DNA of 64,000 nucleotides from an uncultured delta proteobacterium (GTDB lineage: Bacteria > Myxococcota_A > Polyangia > Polyangiales > JAFGIB01), in NCBI GenBank assembly GCA_963778655.1, contig CAVZVA010000011.1, positions 192,001 to 256,000 of the forward strand, read 5' to 3'. Made by a program: the position numbers and the translations under genes. Below, piece by piece: positions 33,199 to 42,931 of the stretch (positions within the stretch are counted from its first letter, which is position 1; each line of letters opens with the position of its first letter). The notes beneath the pieces were generated by a model, which saw only the letters and a program-made list of their open reading frames with translations, did no database searches and was not told the origin of the DNA.

Positions 33199-34338
33199 TC
33201 AGTTGGGCGAGCAACAACCACTGGAAGCTGGTTGTGCGACGCAATCCTGCTTCATCTTCTCCCAAACGGCTGCCGCCATGGCCTTCGATCCAGTCGAGTT
33301 CGGGTGCAAATCGGCATCTGCAAAGTATTCAGGGTGACCATCGAACACGGGCACCATATCCACAAAGTGGCACCGAATGGGCTTACTCGGATCCAGCTGG
33401 ATGGCTGTCCGATAGGCGCCGTCGCAAGCCGCTTTGGCCATGGGTAGCGCGTAGCTGAGCATCCCGTTCGGGTCGTCGGCTAACCAGGTGCCGGTGGGTA
33501 CCTTCGGGTAGAAGAAGTACACCACGTCCTTCACTCCCGATTCGGCCATATGCGTAAACAGTTGTGTCGCCGCATCGAGCGCGGTCTGCACGATCTTCTG
33601 ACAGTCGGGGATGCTCGTGGCCTGAGCGCCCAGGTTCTTGCAGTCACCCCCGTTAGGAAACATGGCGAGGTCGGGGACAAGAATGTCGTTGCCACCTCCA
33701 TCCATGATGACCGTGAGGATCTTCGGATGACTCTCGAGCGCGCTGTCGAACTGGGGTCCGATGAGCCCGATGCCGCCCGAGCCCATCGACGTACCCCCGA
33801 TCGCGAAATCATCGATCATCAACATGGACGCCGCATTCATATCCGATGGGAACGTATGCGTGATCCAGTCCACATAGGAATCGCCAATCATGACGATTTG
33901 ACTCGTATCGCCGAGACACGGGGGCTCATCGATCGCCGTCCCGTCACCCCCGCTCGTGCCGCCAGTACTCGCCGCGCCGCCGCTGCCTTTGGTCGCGCCG
34001 GGCCGCCCCGCAGCGTCAGCGGATGTTCCCGCGGCTGCGTCCGCGCCGGATGACATTCCTCCATCGCCGGGCGTCACTGGCGCCGACGTGCCAGCCTGGC
34101 CTGCGGGAACATTGTTGCGAGTGGGCGGAGGGGTTGCTTCGCTGCTCGTCGCGTCACCGTGATTGGAGCTCGCTCCGCCGGCGCCAGCGGCCGAGTTCAC
34201 CGGCGCTCCGCCGGCCGCACCTGCGTGCGCCGCGCCGGGCATCCCGGAAGAAGTCGTTCCACCGCTCGAGCAAGCGCCAAACACGAGCGCGAATACAGCA
34301 GCGGGCAGACCATGATCGCGAGCAACAATTCGTTTCAT
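33199..34338 (-). CDS. SGNH/GDSL hydrolase lipoprotein
   Basis: Lipobox VFGAC, Gly/Ala linker, IGDSY, GGGND, DLHPN. Confidence 0.85.
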   Translation of the reverse strand: MKRIVARDHGLPAAVFALVFGACSSGGTTSSGMPGAAHAGAAGGAPVNSAAGAGGASSNHGDATSSEATPPPTRNNVPAGQAGTSAPVTPGDGGMSSGADAAAGTSADAAGRPGATKGSGGAASTGGTSGGDGTAIDEPPCLGDTSQIVMIGDSYVDWITHTFPSDMNAASMLMIDDFAIGGTSMGSGGIGLIGPQFDSALESHPKILTVIMDGGGNDILVPDLAMFPNGGDCKNLGAQATSIPDCQKIVQTALDAATQLFTHMAESGVKDVVYFFYPKVPTGTWLADDPNGMLSYALPMAKAACDGAYRTAIQLDPSKPIRCHFVDMVPVFDGHPEYFADADLHPNSTGSKAMAAAVWEKMKQDCVAQPASSGCCSPN

Positions 34339-34811
34339 CTGGCGCGACGTCGACTTGCGCATTGTGCGCTTATAACAAGCGCGCGTGCTGTCAAGAATGT
34401 GCCCGCGCGGCCAACAGTTTCCCGACGGCGGCCACCGTTACGGGCTGACCGCTGGGCGTCGAGTCGAGTCGCGACGAAAGTCCGCCAGCCGTAGACGGCC
34501 CCCCCGGATCCTGCGGTGGCACGGGATACTGCGACCAGTGCAATCTGAACACGCCTTGGGCTCGCAAGAATAACGGTACTGATGGCCGGGCACGTGGAGC
34601 GGCTGGCCAGACAGTTTCCGGGCAATGCTGCGACCGCCACGGCGATACCTCGCTGGCGCGCGTTGCTCGAAGAGCCTTGCGCCTCCGAGACTTGCCGCGC
34701 CTTGGTCGGTTGCATGCAGCGTGCGATCGATAGTGGTCACCTGTACTCCGATTCGGCGTTGTTCGGTCGCGTCGCCGTGAGTGTAAACGCTATGTTCCCG
34801 CCCTGCCGCAT

Positions 34812-34870
34812 CGGTCTGAAAATCCAGTGCCCGCAAGGGCGGGTCGGTTCGACCCCGACCTCGGCTACCG
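34812..34870 (+). repeat. att site: duplicated 3' half of tRNA-Leu
   Basis: 59 bp matching 12127-12185 with 4 mismatches; no D arm or 5' acceptor strand. Confidence 0.9.
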
Positions 34871-35137
34871 CGTTGAGCCCGCGGGGACTTCCTCGACGCA
34901 CCCCGCGGACCCGGCTGTGCGGCCGGAAGTGCCCGAGCCGGCTGTGGCGAGCGCGCACGCCGGCTCAGCTCCGAGCAAGAGCCGTTACCGAGCTCCGCGA
35001 TTTCGCCATTCGGAGGGCACGCAGGCTCGAGGGCTGACCCGCGTTCGCGGGCTCGCGTCACTTCCTAGTCGGGCATGCCGGTCGACCAGGATCTCGAGGT
35101 ACGGGCCACCACGCGCTGGCGACCGCGGCACGCAGGA

Positions 35138-37525
35138 ATGCGTTTGGCCGCATTGTGGCTGTTCACGGTGGGTGCGTGCGCGGGCAGCGCGCCCGACACC
35201 CCAAACGATGCGGCCCTCTCGCACTCCTTCGCGCTTGGGGTGAGCGCGGTCGACAGGCGCTTCGACACGCGCGACCACTTCATCGCGTCAGTCGAGATGC
35301 AGATCTCCGGCGAGCCGTTCGCCCAAGCGATGGGCCGCGACCTCGGCGGCTTCAACCGCGACTACAGCTGCCAGGATCACACGTGCACGGCGGAGACGTA
35401 CCTCGACCCGGCCGCGACCAGCCCCGACGGGGGCGCGCCTGAGCCGCAGGTCGACCTCGCGGGCTTCTCCTCGGCGGTCGAGTCCTACGAGTACTCCAAG
35501 CAGCCGATGAACGACGTCGCCTTCGAGTCAGGCGCGGGGACATCGTTGCTGTTCGGGCCCGTGCTCAACCCGAAGGGGGTGACGGGCAAGGCCGCCCTGC
35601 GCCTGGCGCAAGACTGGCTGACGCAGCTGGCGAGCGCGAGCAACGCGACGCTGCGCGTGGTCGTAGGCGACGACGCCGGCCACGCGCTGGGCTGGCCGGG
35701 GTTGTGGCCGGTGTTGCAACCGTTCTCGTCCTGGGATCCGTCGATTCGTCCGACCCACGAAGCGCACGGGTGCTCGCTCAGCTCGGACGACAACCCGAGC
35801 AAGCTCGCGGCGCTCGGCAGCGACGACTACGAGTGCGACTACCGCTCGCTGCACCTGCTCGACCGCGCGGCGCAGGTTTCGATGACGATCTCGCCGGGCG
35901 CTTCCGGCTGGCTCGACTGGAAGGAATCGCTCTGGAGCTTGAACTACCTGCAGCTGATGCACGACGTGCGCGAGAGCCCGATCGAGTCCGTGCTCGATTC
36001 GCGGCTCGAGGACGTCGGCGTCCCGGGAAACACCGTCGGCAGCGGTCTGAATCCCGGGACGTACCTCGGCTCGAGCGACATCGAAGGCTTCCAAGCCGGC
36101 AATTTCCTGCAGATGCTCGACAACCAGGCGGCGCAGTGGTTGCTCGAGCTGACCACGACCGACGGGGAGGCGCTCTCCGGCTTCGCCAGCCTGTCCGATG
36201 CGCTGGCCTACGGCTCGGACAGCCCGCTGCGCTGGTTCCCGGCCTCGCTCGACGTGACCGAGAGCGAGGACGAGAGCGGCTTCCCACGACCGGCGGCGTT
36301 CACGATCGCCGAGCCGGGCAGCCAGCTGCTCGACCTTGCGGGATTGCTCGGCGCGTACGCGAGCGTCTACGCGCTGACCGACCGCGGCAACGCCAAGGTG
36401 GGCGGCAGTCAGCCGGCTCGCGTGTACTTCGACGGCGATCCGTTTCCACCGCAGAACCAGACCCCGGACGGAGAGCCGACGCTGCACGATCGGGCGCTCG
36501 CGATGATCCGCGTCGTGCTCGTCGACATCGACCGGCTGCACGCCGATCTCGCGCACGGCGCGTTCGCCGACGAGGCCACGGTGCACGACGGCAAGCCGGT
36601 CCCGGGCACGCTGCTATCGAGCGACGTCGCGGCCTACACGCTGCTGGCGCTGCGTACGGCGCGTCGCGCGCTCGACTCGCAGCTGACGCTGTACGGGAAC
36701 ACCACGCCCGATACCGCGGGCATCCCGTGTCCGCTCGACGCATTCCCGCTCGCCGGGAGCGCCGCCTTCGGAGCGCGCCTGGATCAGCTGGTCGCTGCGC
36801 TCGCCGCCGTCTTCTACGACAAGCTCACTGCCGAAGATGGCCGCGCTTTCCTGGGCTGGGACTTCGCGCAGGGCGCACCGACCGGCGATGCGACCCACCT
36901 GGACGCGCACACCGCCGCGATCAAGGGTCTGCTCACCGCCTACCTGGCCACCGGCGCGACCAAGTACCGCGCTCGCGCGCAGCGCGTGTGGCAGCGGCTC
37001 GAGCGCGATTTCTACGACCCGGACGCGCGCGTGTATCGTACCGTCGCCGGCGACCGCGGGCCGAAGCTGACCTTCACGCCGCGCCGCTTCGGGCTGCTGC
37101 AGGGCGCGTTGCGCGACAGCTACGAGCTGATCGCGGTGCTGCCCGGCAACGACACGATGCGCCGGCTGATCGAGCAGCGCGTCGGGCGCTTGAACACGCT
37201 GGTGCTCAACGGCTGGGACGATCGCAATCGGGACGGCGCCGTGCAGTGGCCGGACGAGTGCGTCCAGCTGGGCCACGATGCCGGCGGCCAGCCGCTCGGG
37301 CTGGGCGGGCTGCAGATGGCCGAACGCACGCTGACCGGCGAGACCGGCTCGTATCCCGAGCCGAACCCCGACGGCTCGCGTGCGATCGCCGAAGATCGCG
37401 ATCGCGACTGCGTACCCGAGATTTCGGCGGTCGGGCTGCCGGCGGCGCTCGCGAGCTCGATCACGTTCATGCTGAAGCCGGCAGCGGCGCGCGCGCCACG
37501 CGACGCCGGTGAGGACGCACAATGA
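35138..37525 (+). CDS. Large hypothetical lipoprotein
   Basis: Lipobox TVGAC; long ORF with GC3-rich codons; stop overlaps the next start (ATGA). Confidence 0.75.
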   Translation: MRLAALWLFTVGACAGSAPDTPNDAALSHSFALGVSAVDRRFDTRDHFIASVEMQISGEPFAQAMGRDLGGFNRDYSCQDHTCTAETYLDPAATSPDGGAPEPQVDLAGFSSAVESYEYSKQPMNDVAFESGAGTSLLFGPVLNPKGVTGKAALRLAQDWLTQLASASNATLRVVVGDDAGHALGWPGLWPVLQPFSSWDPSIRPTHEAHGCSLSSDDNPSKLAALGSDDYECDYRSLHLLDRAAQVSMTISPGASGWLDWKESLWSLNYLQLMHDVRESPIESVLDSRLEDVGVPGNTVGSGLNPGTYLGSSDIEGFQAGNFLQMLDNQAAQWLLELTTTDGEALSGFASLSDALAYGSDSPLRWFPASLDVTESEDESGFPRPAAFTIAEPGSQLLDLAGLLGAYASVYALTDRGNAKVGGSQPARVYFDGDPFPPQNQTPDGEPTLHDRALAMIRVVLVDIDRLHADLAHGAFADEATVHDGKPVPGTLLSSDVAAYTLLALRTARRALDSQLTLYGNTTPDTAGIPCPLDAFPLAGSAAFGARLDQLVAALAAVFYDKLTAEDGRAFLGWDFAQGAPTGDATHLDAHTAAIKGLLTAYLATGATKYRARAQRVWQRLERDFYDPDARVYRTVAGDRGPKLTFTPRRFGLLQGALRDSYELIAVLPGNDTMRRLIEQRVGRLNTLVLNGWDDRNRDGAVQWPDECVQLGHDAGGQPLGLGGLQMAERTLTGETGSYPEPNPDGSRAIAEDRDRDCVPEISAVGLPAALASSITFMLKPAAARAPRDAGEDAQ

Positions 37526-39552
37526 AGGCGGCGCTCCTGTACATCGCCGGGCTGGGCGTCGCAATCGGCTGCGGTTGCGCGCCGGATGCCGCGCCCGCAA
37601 GCGCGCAGCAGACCCACTCGGGGGCGCTCGTGGCGAGCCCGGACGGAACGCGCCTGTATGTAGCTCACCCCGACGCGGACAGCGTCAGCGCCGTCGATAC
37701 ATCGACGCGGCGCGTCCTGCACGAGCGGTTACTGGCGAGCGAGCGGCCGGCGCGCGATGCCGCGGGCCGCTACGAGCCCGCGGTCGGACCGCGCGCGCTC
37801 GCCCTGGACGCGACGGCGAGCACGCTCTACATCACCGGCCAGCGCTCCGGCCGCGTGTACCGACTCGACGCGGCGTCGCTGCGCGTCGAGGCCTCGGTGT
37901 TCGTCTGCTCCGAGCCGATCGGAGTGCTGGTCAGCGCCGACGACCGCCACCTGTTCGTCGCCTGCGCGCAGGACGACGAGGTCGTCGAGCTCTCGGCCAA
38001 GCCGCTGAAGCCCACCGCGCGCGTGGCCTGCCCGCGCAAGCCCTGGGCGCTGGCCTGGGCCGGCGACGGGACGAGCTTGATCGCCACGCACTTCTTGGGG
38101 CCGGGCGTGAGCCGCTTCACCACCGAGCCGCTGGCGCTGAAGGCGACCTGGACGCTCGACGACGGCCCGCCGCGTCCGAGCCCGAGCACGCCTGACGGCG
38201 ATCCGGACCCGACCGAGCCACACGGCGCGGTGCGCGGGATCTACGATGCGATGATTCGGCCCGGCAGCTCGGAGCTGTGGGTCGCGCACCTAATGCTGGG
38301 CACGGACACGGCCCAGCCCGAGCTCGATTTCGAGCGCACGGTGTTTCCCGCGCTGACCATCCTCGACCGCAACGGCCGCCAGCTCGCGCGCCTGTCGGTG
38401 CAAGCCCATCCCGGCGACGGCGGCGCGTTCGGCGACGTGGTGTCGGGGCCGCATGCGCTCGCGTTCTCCGCCGACGGCAAGCTGGCCTTCGTCGCCGACA
38501 CCAATAGCGAGGACGTGCTGGTCATCGACGCAGAGCGGCGTATCGAGACCCAGCTGGTACGTCCGTTGCCGGGTCACCTGCCCGAAGCCATCGCCTGGGC
38601 CGGCGGCACGCTCTACGTCGCGCAGCGCAACAGCGAAGACATCGCCGCCTTCAGCCTCGACCAGTCCGACGCCGGCCTGAGCCTGACGGCGGACGGCCGC
38701 AGCTTCGGCGGCTTGCAACGCGATCCGATGCCCGGCGAGCTGCGCCTCGGACAGAAGCTGTTCTACTCCGCGAACAGCGACGACCTACCCGTGACCACGA
38801 ACCACTGGGTAGCGTGCGCCAGCTGCCACCTGGAAGGCCGCAGCGACGCGGTGACGTGGAAGTTCGCGCAGGGGCCGCGCGACACGCCGACCAACGCTGG
38901 CGGCTTGCTCGATACCGGATTTCTGTTTCGAACCGCCGATCGCACGCGCGTGCAGGACTACTGGCAGACCATCGACGTCGAGCAAGGCGGTCATTTCGAC
39001 CGGGACGAGCCCACGCAGCAGCCGCTGCTCGACGCGCTCGCCGCTTTCGTCAACTACGCGATCCCGACCCCGGTCGCGCCTTCGACCGACGTCGAGCACG
39101 CGCTCGCGGGGGACGAGCTCGACGCGTTGCGCGCACGGGGCGAACAGGTGTTCGACCAGATCGGCTGCGGCGGCTGCCACAGCGGAGCCGCCAAGACCGA
39201 TTCCGCGGCCGGCAACCCGATGCTCGATCTGAGCGGCCCTGCGGTCTCGAGCAGCACGGACGGCGGCGTGCTGCTCCACGACGTGGGCACCTGCGCGGCG
39301 AGCGATCATTCGCCGTCAGAGGACGTCGAGCACACCGACATCGACGGCCACCCGCGCGCACCCTGTGCGTTCGACACCCCTCAGCTGCGCGGGCTGTGGG
39401 ACTCGGCACCGTATCTGCACGACGGCAGCGCCGCGACGCTGGCGGACGTGCTGCCGAGCATGCTGCGTGCGGTGGCCGAGCCCGGCGCCGACCCGCCCGA
39501 GCTTGCTGACGGCGATCGACGCGCGTTGATCGAGTACTTGCGGAGCTTGTGA
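37522..39552 (+). CDS. YncE-like beta-propeller fused to a di-heme cytochrome c peroxidase/MauG-like domain
   Basis: Propeller repeats, CASCH and CGGCH heme motifs, FDTPQLRGLWDSAPYLHDGS. Confidence 0.85.
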   Translation: MKAALLYIAGLGVAIGCGCAPDAAPASAQQTHSGALVASPDGTRLYVAHPDADSVSAVDTSTRRVLHERLLASERPARDAAGRYEPAVGPRALALDATASTLYITGQRSGRVYRLDAASLRVEASVFVCSEPIGVLVSADDRHLFVACAQDDEVVELSAKPLKPTARVACPRKPWALAWAGDGTSLIATHFLGPGVSRFTTEPLALKATWTLDDGPPRPSPSTPDGDPDPTEPHGAVRGIYDAMIRPGSSELWVAHLMLGTDTAQPELDFERTVFPALTILDRNGRQLARLSVQAHPGDGGAFGDVVSGPHALAFSADGKLAFVADTNSEDVLVIDAERRIETQLVRPLPGHLPEAIAWAGGTLYVAQRNSEDIAAFSLDQSDAGLSLTADGRSFGGLQRDPMPGELRLGQKLFYSANSDDLPVTTNHWVACASCHLEGRSDAVTWKFAQGPRDTPTNAGGLLDTGFLFRTADRTRVQDYWQTIDVEQGGHFDRDEPTQQPLLDALAAFVNYAIPTPVAPSTDVEHALAGDELDALRARGEQVFDQIGCGGCHSGAAKTDSAAGNPMLDLSGPAVSSSTDGGVLLHDVGTCAASDHSPSEDVEHTDIDGHPRAPCAFDTPQLRGLWDSAPYLHDGSAATLADVLPSMLRAVAEPGADPPELADGDRRALIEYLRSL

Positions 39553-39584
39553 ACGACGACCGTCACATGGCAAGAGGAGAGCGT

Positions 39585-41402
39585 ATGCACCGTCGATTGC
39601 AATTCTGGTTCTCAACGTTGTTGGCGCTCGCAGCGATCGCCATTGCGCACACGGCCCTCGCCGACGGCACCTGGGCGATGGCGCCGGCGAACACCGCGGC
39701 CGGCGGCCAGGCGTTCGGGCTGTGGTTGCTCTCCGACGGGCGCGTGCTGTCGCACGGCGGGGCGCTGAACCAGTTCGTGATCCTGACCCCGGACGTCAAG
39801 GGCAGCTACGAGCACGGCAGCTGGAGCCCGGCCGCGAGCAAGCAACACGCGCGCGGCGGGGCCCAACAGCACGTGCTCAAGGACGGGCGCTTCTTCGAGG
39901 CTGGCGGCGAGTACGTCGACGGGCCGGCGTGCACGCCGGCGCTGTGCGCGAGCGGCGAGATCTACGACCCGGTCGCGGACAAATGGACCGACATCACGCC
40001 CGCGCCCCACGACATCGGCGATACCGGCAGCGCGATGCTCGACGACGGTCGCATCCTGGACAGCACGCGCAAAGGCAACCAGATCCAGATCTACGACCCG
40101 GCGACCGACAAGTGGACCGACGGCAAGTCGATGCCGCTCAACAACGGCCAAGAGAACGCGTGGGCCGCGCTGCAAAACGGCGGCGTGCTCGCCGTGGGTT
40201 ACGCCAGGGACGGCGCCGCGATCTACGACTCGGCGAGCGGCACTTGGCAGCGCACCGGCGCGGTCCCGAGCGGCTTCGACGTCGGTGACGCGGGGGGCAT
40301 CTCGCTGATGTTCGACGGCCGGGTGTTCGTGTACGGCCTCGGCAAGAGCTACATCTACACGCCGGGCCCGACGGGCGCCGATCCGGGGACGTGGGATTTC
40401 GGGCCGGACCTGCTCAACGGCAACCGCGCCGAAGACGAGTTCACGGACACGCTGCCCAACGGCCAGGTGTGGGGCGCCTTGGTCCAGATGACGTACGGGC
40501 CGGGCGTGGTGCTGCAGGAGTTCGACCCGATGACGAACACCTCGAAATCGGTCACACCGCCGCCGGACACGGGCAATCCCTACCCGATCGGCTACGTGAA
40601 CCTGCCCAACGGCCAGGTGATGGTCACGGCCGAGCGCAACGATTGGATCTACACGCCGGATACGCAGCCGCAAGACGAGTGGCGGCCGGTGGTGACCTCG
40701 GTCGATTTCAACAGCGATGGCACGTACACCCTGAAGGGCACGCAGCTCACCGGCCTGATCAACGGCGCCGACGAAGGCGACGACATGACCATGGCCGAGA
40801 ACTTTCCAGTCGTCTGGCTGACCGATGAGACCGGCGACGTGCACTACTGCCGCTCGTTCAATTTCAGTCACATGATGCCGCACAAGGCCCCGCTCGAGGA
40901 GAGCTGCCAGTTCACGACGCCGGCCGATCTGCCCGCTGGCACCTACGATCTCTACGTGTCGGCGGTCGGCGTCATCTCCAAGGATCCGGTGCTGTTCACG
41001 ACTGGCATGGGCGGCAAGCCGACCGGCGGCGGCAGCGGCGGCAGCGGCGGCAGCGGCGCCGCCGGCTCCGGCAGCGGCGGAGCGGGCGCGGGCACGGGCA
41101 CCGGCGGCACGTCCGGGCAGGCCGACGCCGGCAGCGCCACCGGTGCGACCGGCGTGGGAGGCGCGGGCGGCTCGAGCGGCTCGAGCGGCGGCGGCGTGCC
41201 CAACAACGGCACGGGCGTCACAAGCGGCGCGGCCGGCGCCGATTCCGCCAACGGCGCCACGAGCGCGGGCGCGGGCGCGGGCGCGAAGAGCGGCGGCTGC
41301 GGCTGCGACGTTCCGGGTGCCTCGTCGCGCTCCGCACCGCGGGCGAGCTTGACGCTGCTGCTGGCAACGGCGTGGCTATTCACGCGGCGCCGGCGCGCGT
41401 AG
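39585..41402 (+). CDS. Kelch-repeat secreted protein with MYXO-CTERM anchor
   Basis: Repeated LxDGRV / IYDP..DKWT; C-terminal GGCGC...LLLATAWLFTRRRRA. Confidence 0.85.
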   Translation: MHRRLQFWFSTLLALAAIAIAHTALADGTWAMAPANTAAGGQAFGLWLLSDGRVLSHGGALNQFVILTPDVKGSYEHGSWSPAASKQHARGGAQQHVLKDGRFFEAGGEYVDGPACTPALCASGEIYDPVADKWTDITPAPHDIGDTGSAMLDDGRILDSTRKGNQIQIYDPATDKWTDGKSMPLNNGQENAWAALQNGGVLAVGYARDGAAIYDSASGTWQRTGAVPSGFDVGDAGGISLMFDGRVFVYGLGKSYIYTPGPTGADPGTWDFGPDLLNGNRAEDEFTDTLPNGQVWGALVQMTYGPGVVLQEFDPMTNTSKSVTPPPDTGNPYPIGYVNLPNGQVMVTAERNDWIYTPDTQPQDEWRPVVTSVDFNSDGTYTLKGTQLTGLINGADEGDDMTMAENFPVVWLTDETGDVHYCRSFNFSHMMPHKAPLEESCQFTTPADLPAGTYDLYVSAVGVISKDPVLFTTGMGGKPTGGGSGGSGGSGAAGSGSGGAGAGTGTGGTSGQADAGSATGATGVGGAGGSSGSSGGGVPNNGTGVTSGAAGADSANGATSAGAGAGAKSGGCGCDVPGASSRSAPRASLTLLLATAWLFTRRRRA

Positions 41403-41416
41403 CCGGCGGCAGCGGC

Positions 41417-42670
41417 TTATTTGATCGGCGGCAGCGGCGGCGGCGGCGGCTCGGTCGGGCAGGCGTACTTGAAGCTGATGCTGGTGAAGCGGCCGCTCAT
41501 CGCCGCATCGCACAGCGGGCCGGTGATCTCCACGTCGGCTTCCCCGTTGTCGACGCTGAGGCTCCAGCCCTCGCTACGCGGCACCTGCTGCTCGCCAACG
41601 CCCGGCTCGTCCACGATCATCAGCAGGTCATCGGGCAGCGCCGGCACCGGATTGATCTTCATCGAGCAGGAGTTGAAGCCGCTCTTGACCTGTTCTTGGA
41701 CGACCTGTTGCAGCGTCATCTCGAGCTGCATCGCATCGTCGGGCACGATGTATTGCATCGTCCCGCCGCTCTGCGCGATGTCGTTGAGGATCTGCACACC
41801 GCTGGCGCCGGGCAGCCCGACCATGTAGGTCTTGATCCCGCTGGTCGCCAGCCAGTCGGCGGCGCGCATGGGCTCGGTGAGGGTCGGGATGCCATTGGTC
41901 GCGGCGTCGACCGGCAGGCAGTTGGGCTCGCCGTCGGTGACCGCCACGATCGCGGTGGACCCGGTCAGCCCGGCGGCCTTGAGCGCCACGTCGGCGCGGT
42001 CGAAGGCCTCGTTCATGGGCGTGCCGAGGATGGTCGCGCTGAGCGCGGCCCAGTGATCGCTCCAGGCCTGCAAGAAATCACGACCCGGCCGAAACGAGAT
42101 CTGCTCGGCCGCATCGATCGGCGCGACCGTGTTTGCTTGCGGGGTATCGAACGGCGTGAACGGCGGACACGCCGTGGTGGGAAAGAAGATCGCCCCCACC
42201 GTGAGGTCGTCCTGCAGCGTCATGATCGCGTTGGCCAGCGCGCTACGGGCCGCGTCGAGCTTGGTCGTCTGGCCCCAGGCCTCGTCCATGCTCTTCGACT
42301 GATCGAAGATGATGAGCAGGTTGCCCGGGACACGGGTCACCTGCACGTCGGGCTGAAACGAGAGCGTGCCGCAGTCCTTGGAGTCAGGCGTGCTCGCGAT
42401 GCAGAAGCCGGCGTCGTTGCAGCTGACGCCCCCGTCACCCTGCGGGCCGGCGTCGGATTGGGTTGGATTGCGAGGACCGGACGTCATCGGCATGGACATC
42501 GCCGCGTTGCCGAACCCGGCTTGCGAAGTGGTCGGTGCGGCGCTGCCCGCCACGGCCCTAGAGTCACCCGCGCTCGGCGGCGACCCCGAGCCACGCCCAC
42601 CGCTGGTGTCGCCCGAGCAAGCCGCGAGCACGAAGGCCAAGCCCGCAGCGCGAATCCACAACCATCGCAT
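41417..42670 (-). CDS. vWA-domain lipoprotein (CglB-like)
   Basis: Lipobox VLAAC, MIDAS DQSKSM, GTPM, VTDGEPNC, Cys-rich termini. Confidence 0.82.
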   Translation of the reverse strand: MRWLWIRAAGLAFVLAACSGDTSGGRGSGSPPSAGDSRAVAGSAAPTTSQAGFGNAAMSMPMTSGPRNPTQSDAGPQGDGGVSCNDAGFCIASTPDSKDCGTLSFQPDVQVTRVPGNLLIIFDQSKSMDEAWGQTTKLDAARSALANAIMTLQDDLTVGAIFFPTTACPPFTPFDTPQANTVAPIDAAEQISFRPGRDFLQAWSDHWAALSATILGTPMNEAFDRADVALKAAGLTGSTAIVAVTDGEPNCLPVDAATNGIPTLTEPMRAADWLATSGIKTYMVGLPGASGVQILNDIAQSGGTMQYIVPDDAMQLEMTLQQVVQEQVKSGFNSCSMKINPVPALPDDLLMIVDEPGVGEQQVPRSEGWSLSVDNGEADVEITGPLCDAAMSGRFTSISFKYACPTEPPPPPLPPIK

Positions 42671-42931
42671 GCCCTTCTCCTGCCGCCGCCACCCGGACCC
42701 CAACTAGCTACACTGGCACAAGCGCGCGCGTCACGCACCCGGCCTGCCGCAAAAAGGAGCACAAGGCCGCAAAGACGCGTCTCCGACGCGCGCGAGCGCT
42801 GTGACGGAGACGCGTCATGGGGAGGTGGTGTCCGGGCACGCGCACGCGACCTGTGTCGCTGATTGCGCGGCGCGCACGCTCTTGCTCGCGCGCACGCGGA
42901 TACGCATTCCCTACGCGCTTCCCGGCGCGTC

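Larger units (their letters stand above)
12134..34870. mobile_element. Decayed genomic island integrated at tRNA-Leu(CAA)
   Basis: 52-bp direct repeat of the tRNA 3' half (12134-12185 vs 34819-34870, 2 mismatches). The interior is rich in IS remnants and gene fragments. No intact integrase seen. Confidence 0.85.

Noticed and set aside
34730..34800. Tyrosine integrase C-terminal remnant (SVYTHGDATEQRRI on the minus strand next to the att site)
   Set aside because: The resemblance covers only ~14 aa and there is no upstream LGH or RHxxR motif, so it is too weak to call.
34812..34870. Second tRNA gene
   Set aside because: Only the anticodon-to-3' half is present, with no D arm or 5' acceptor strand and with mismatches in the anticodon arm. 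It is treated as an att repeat.
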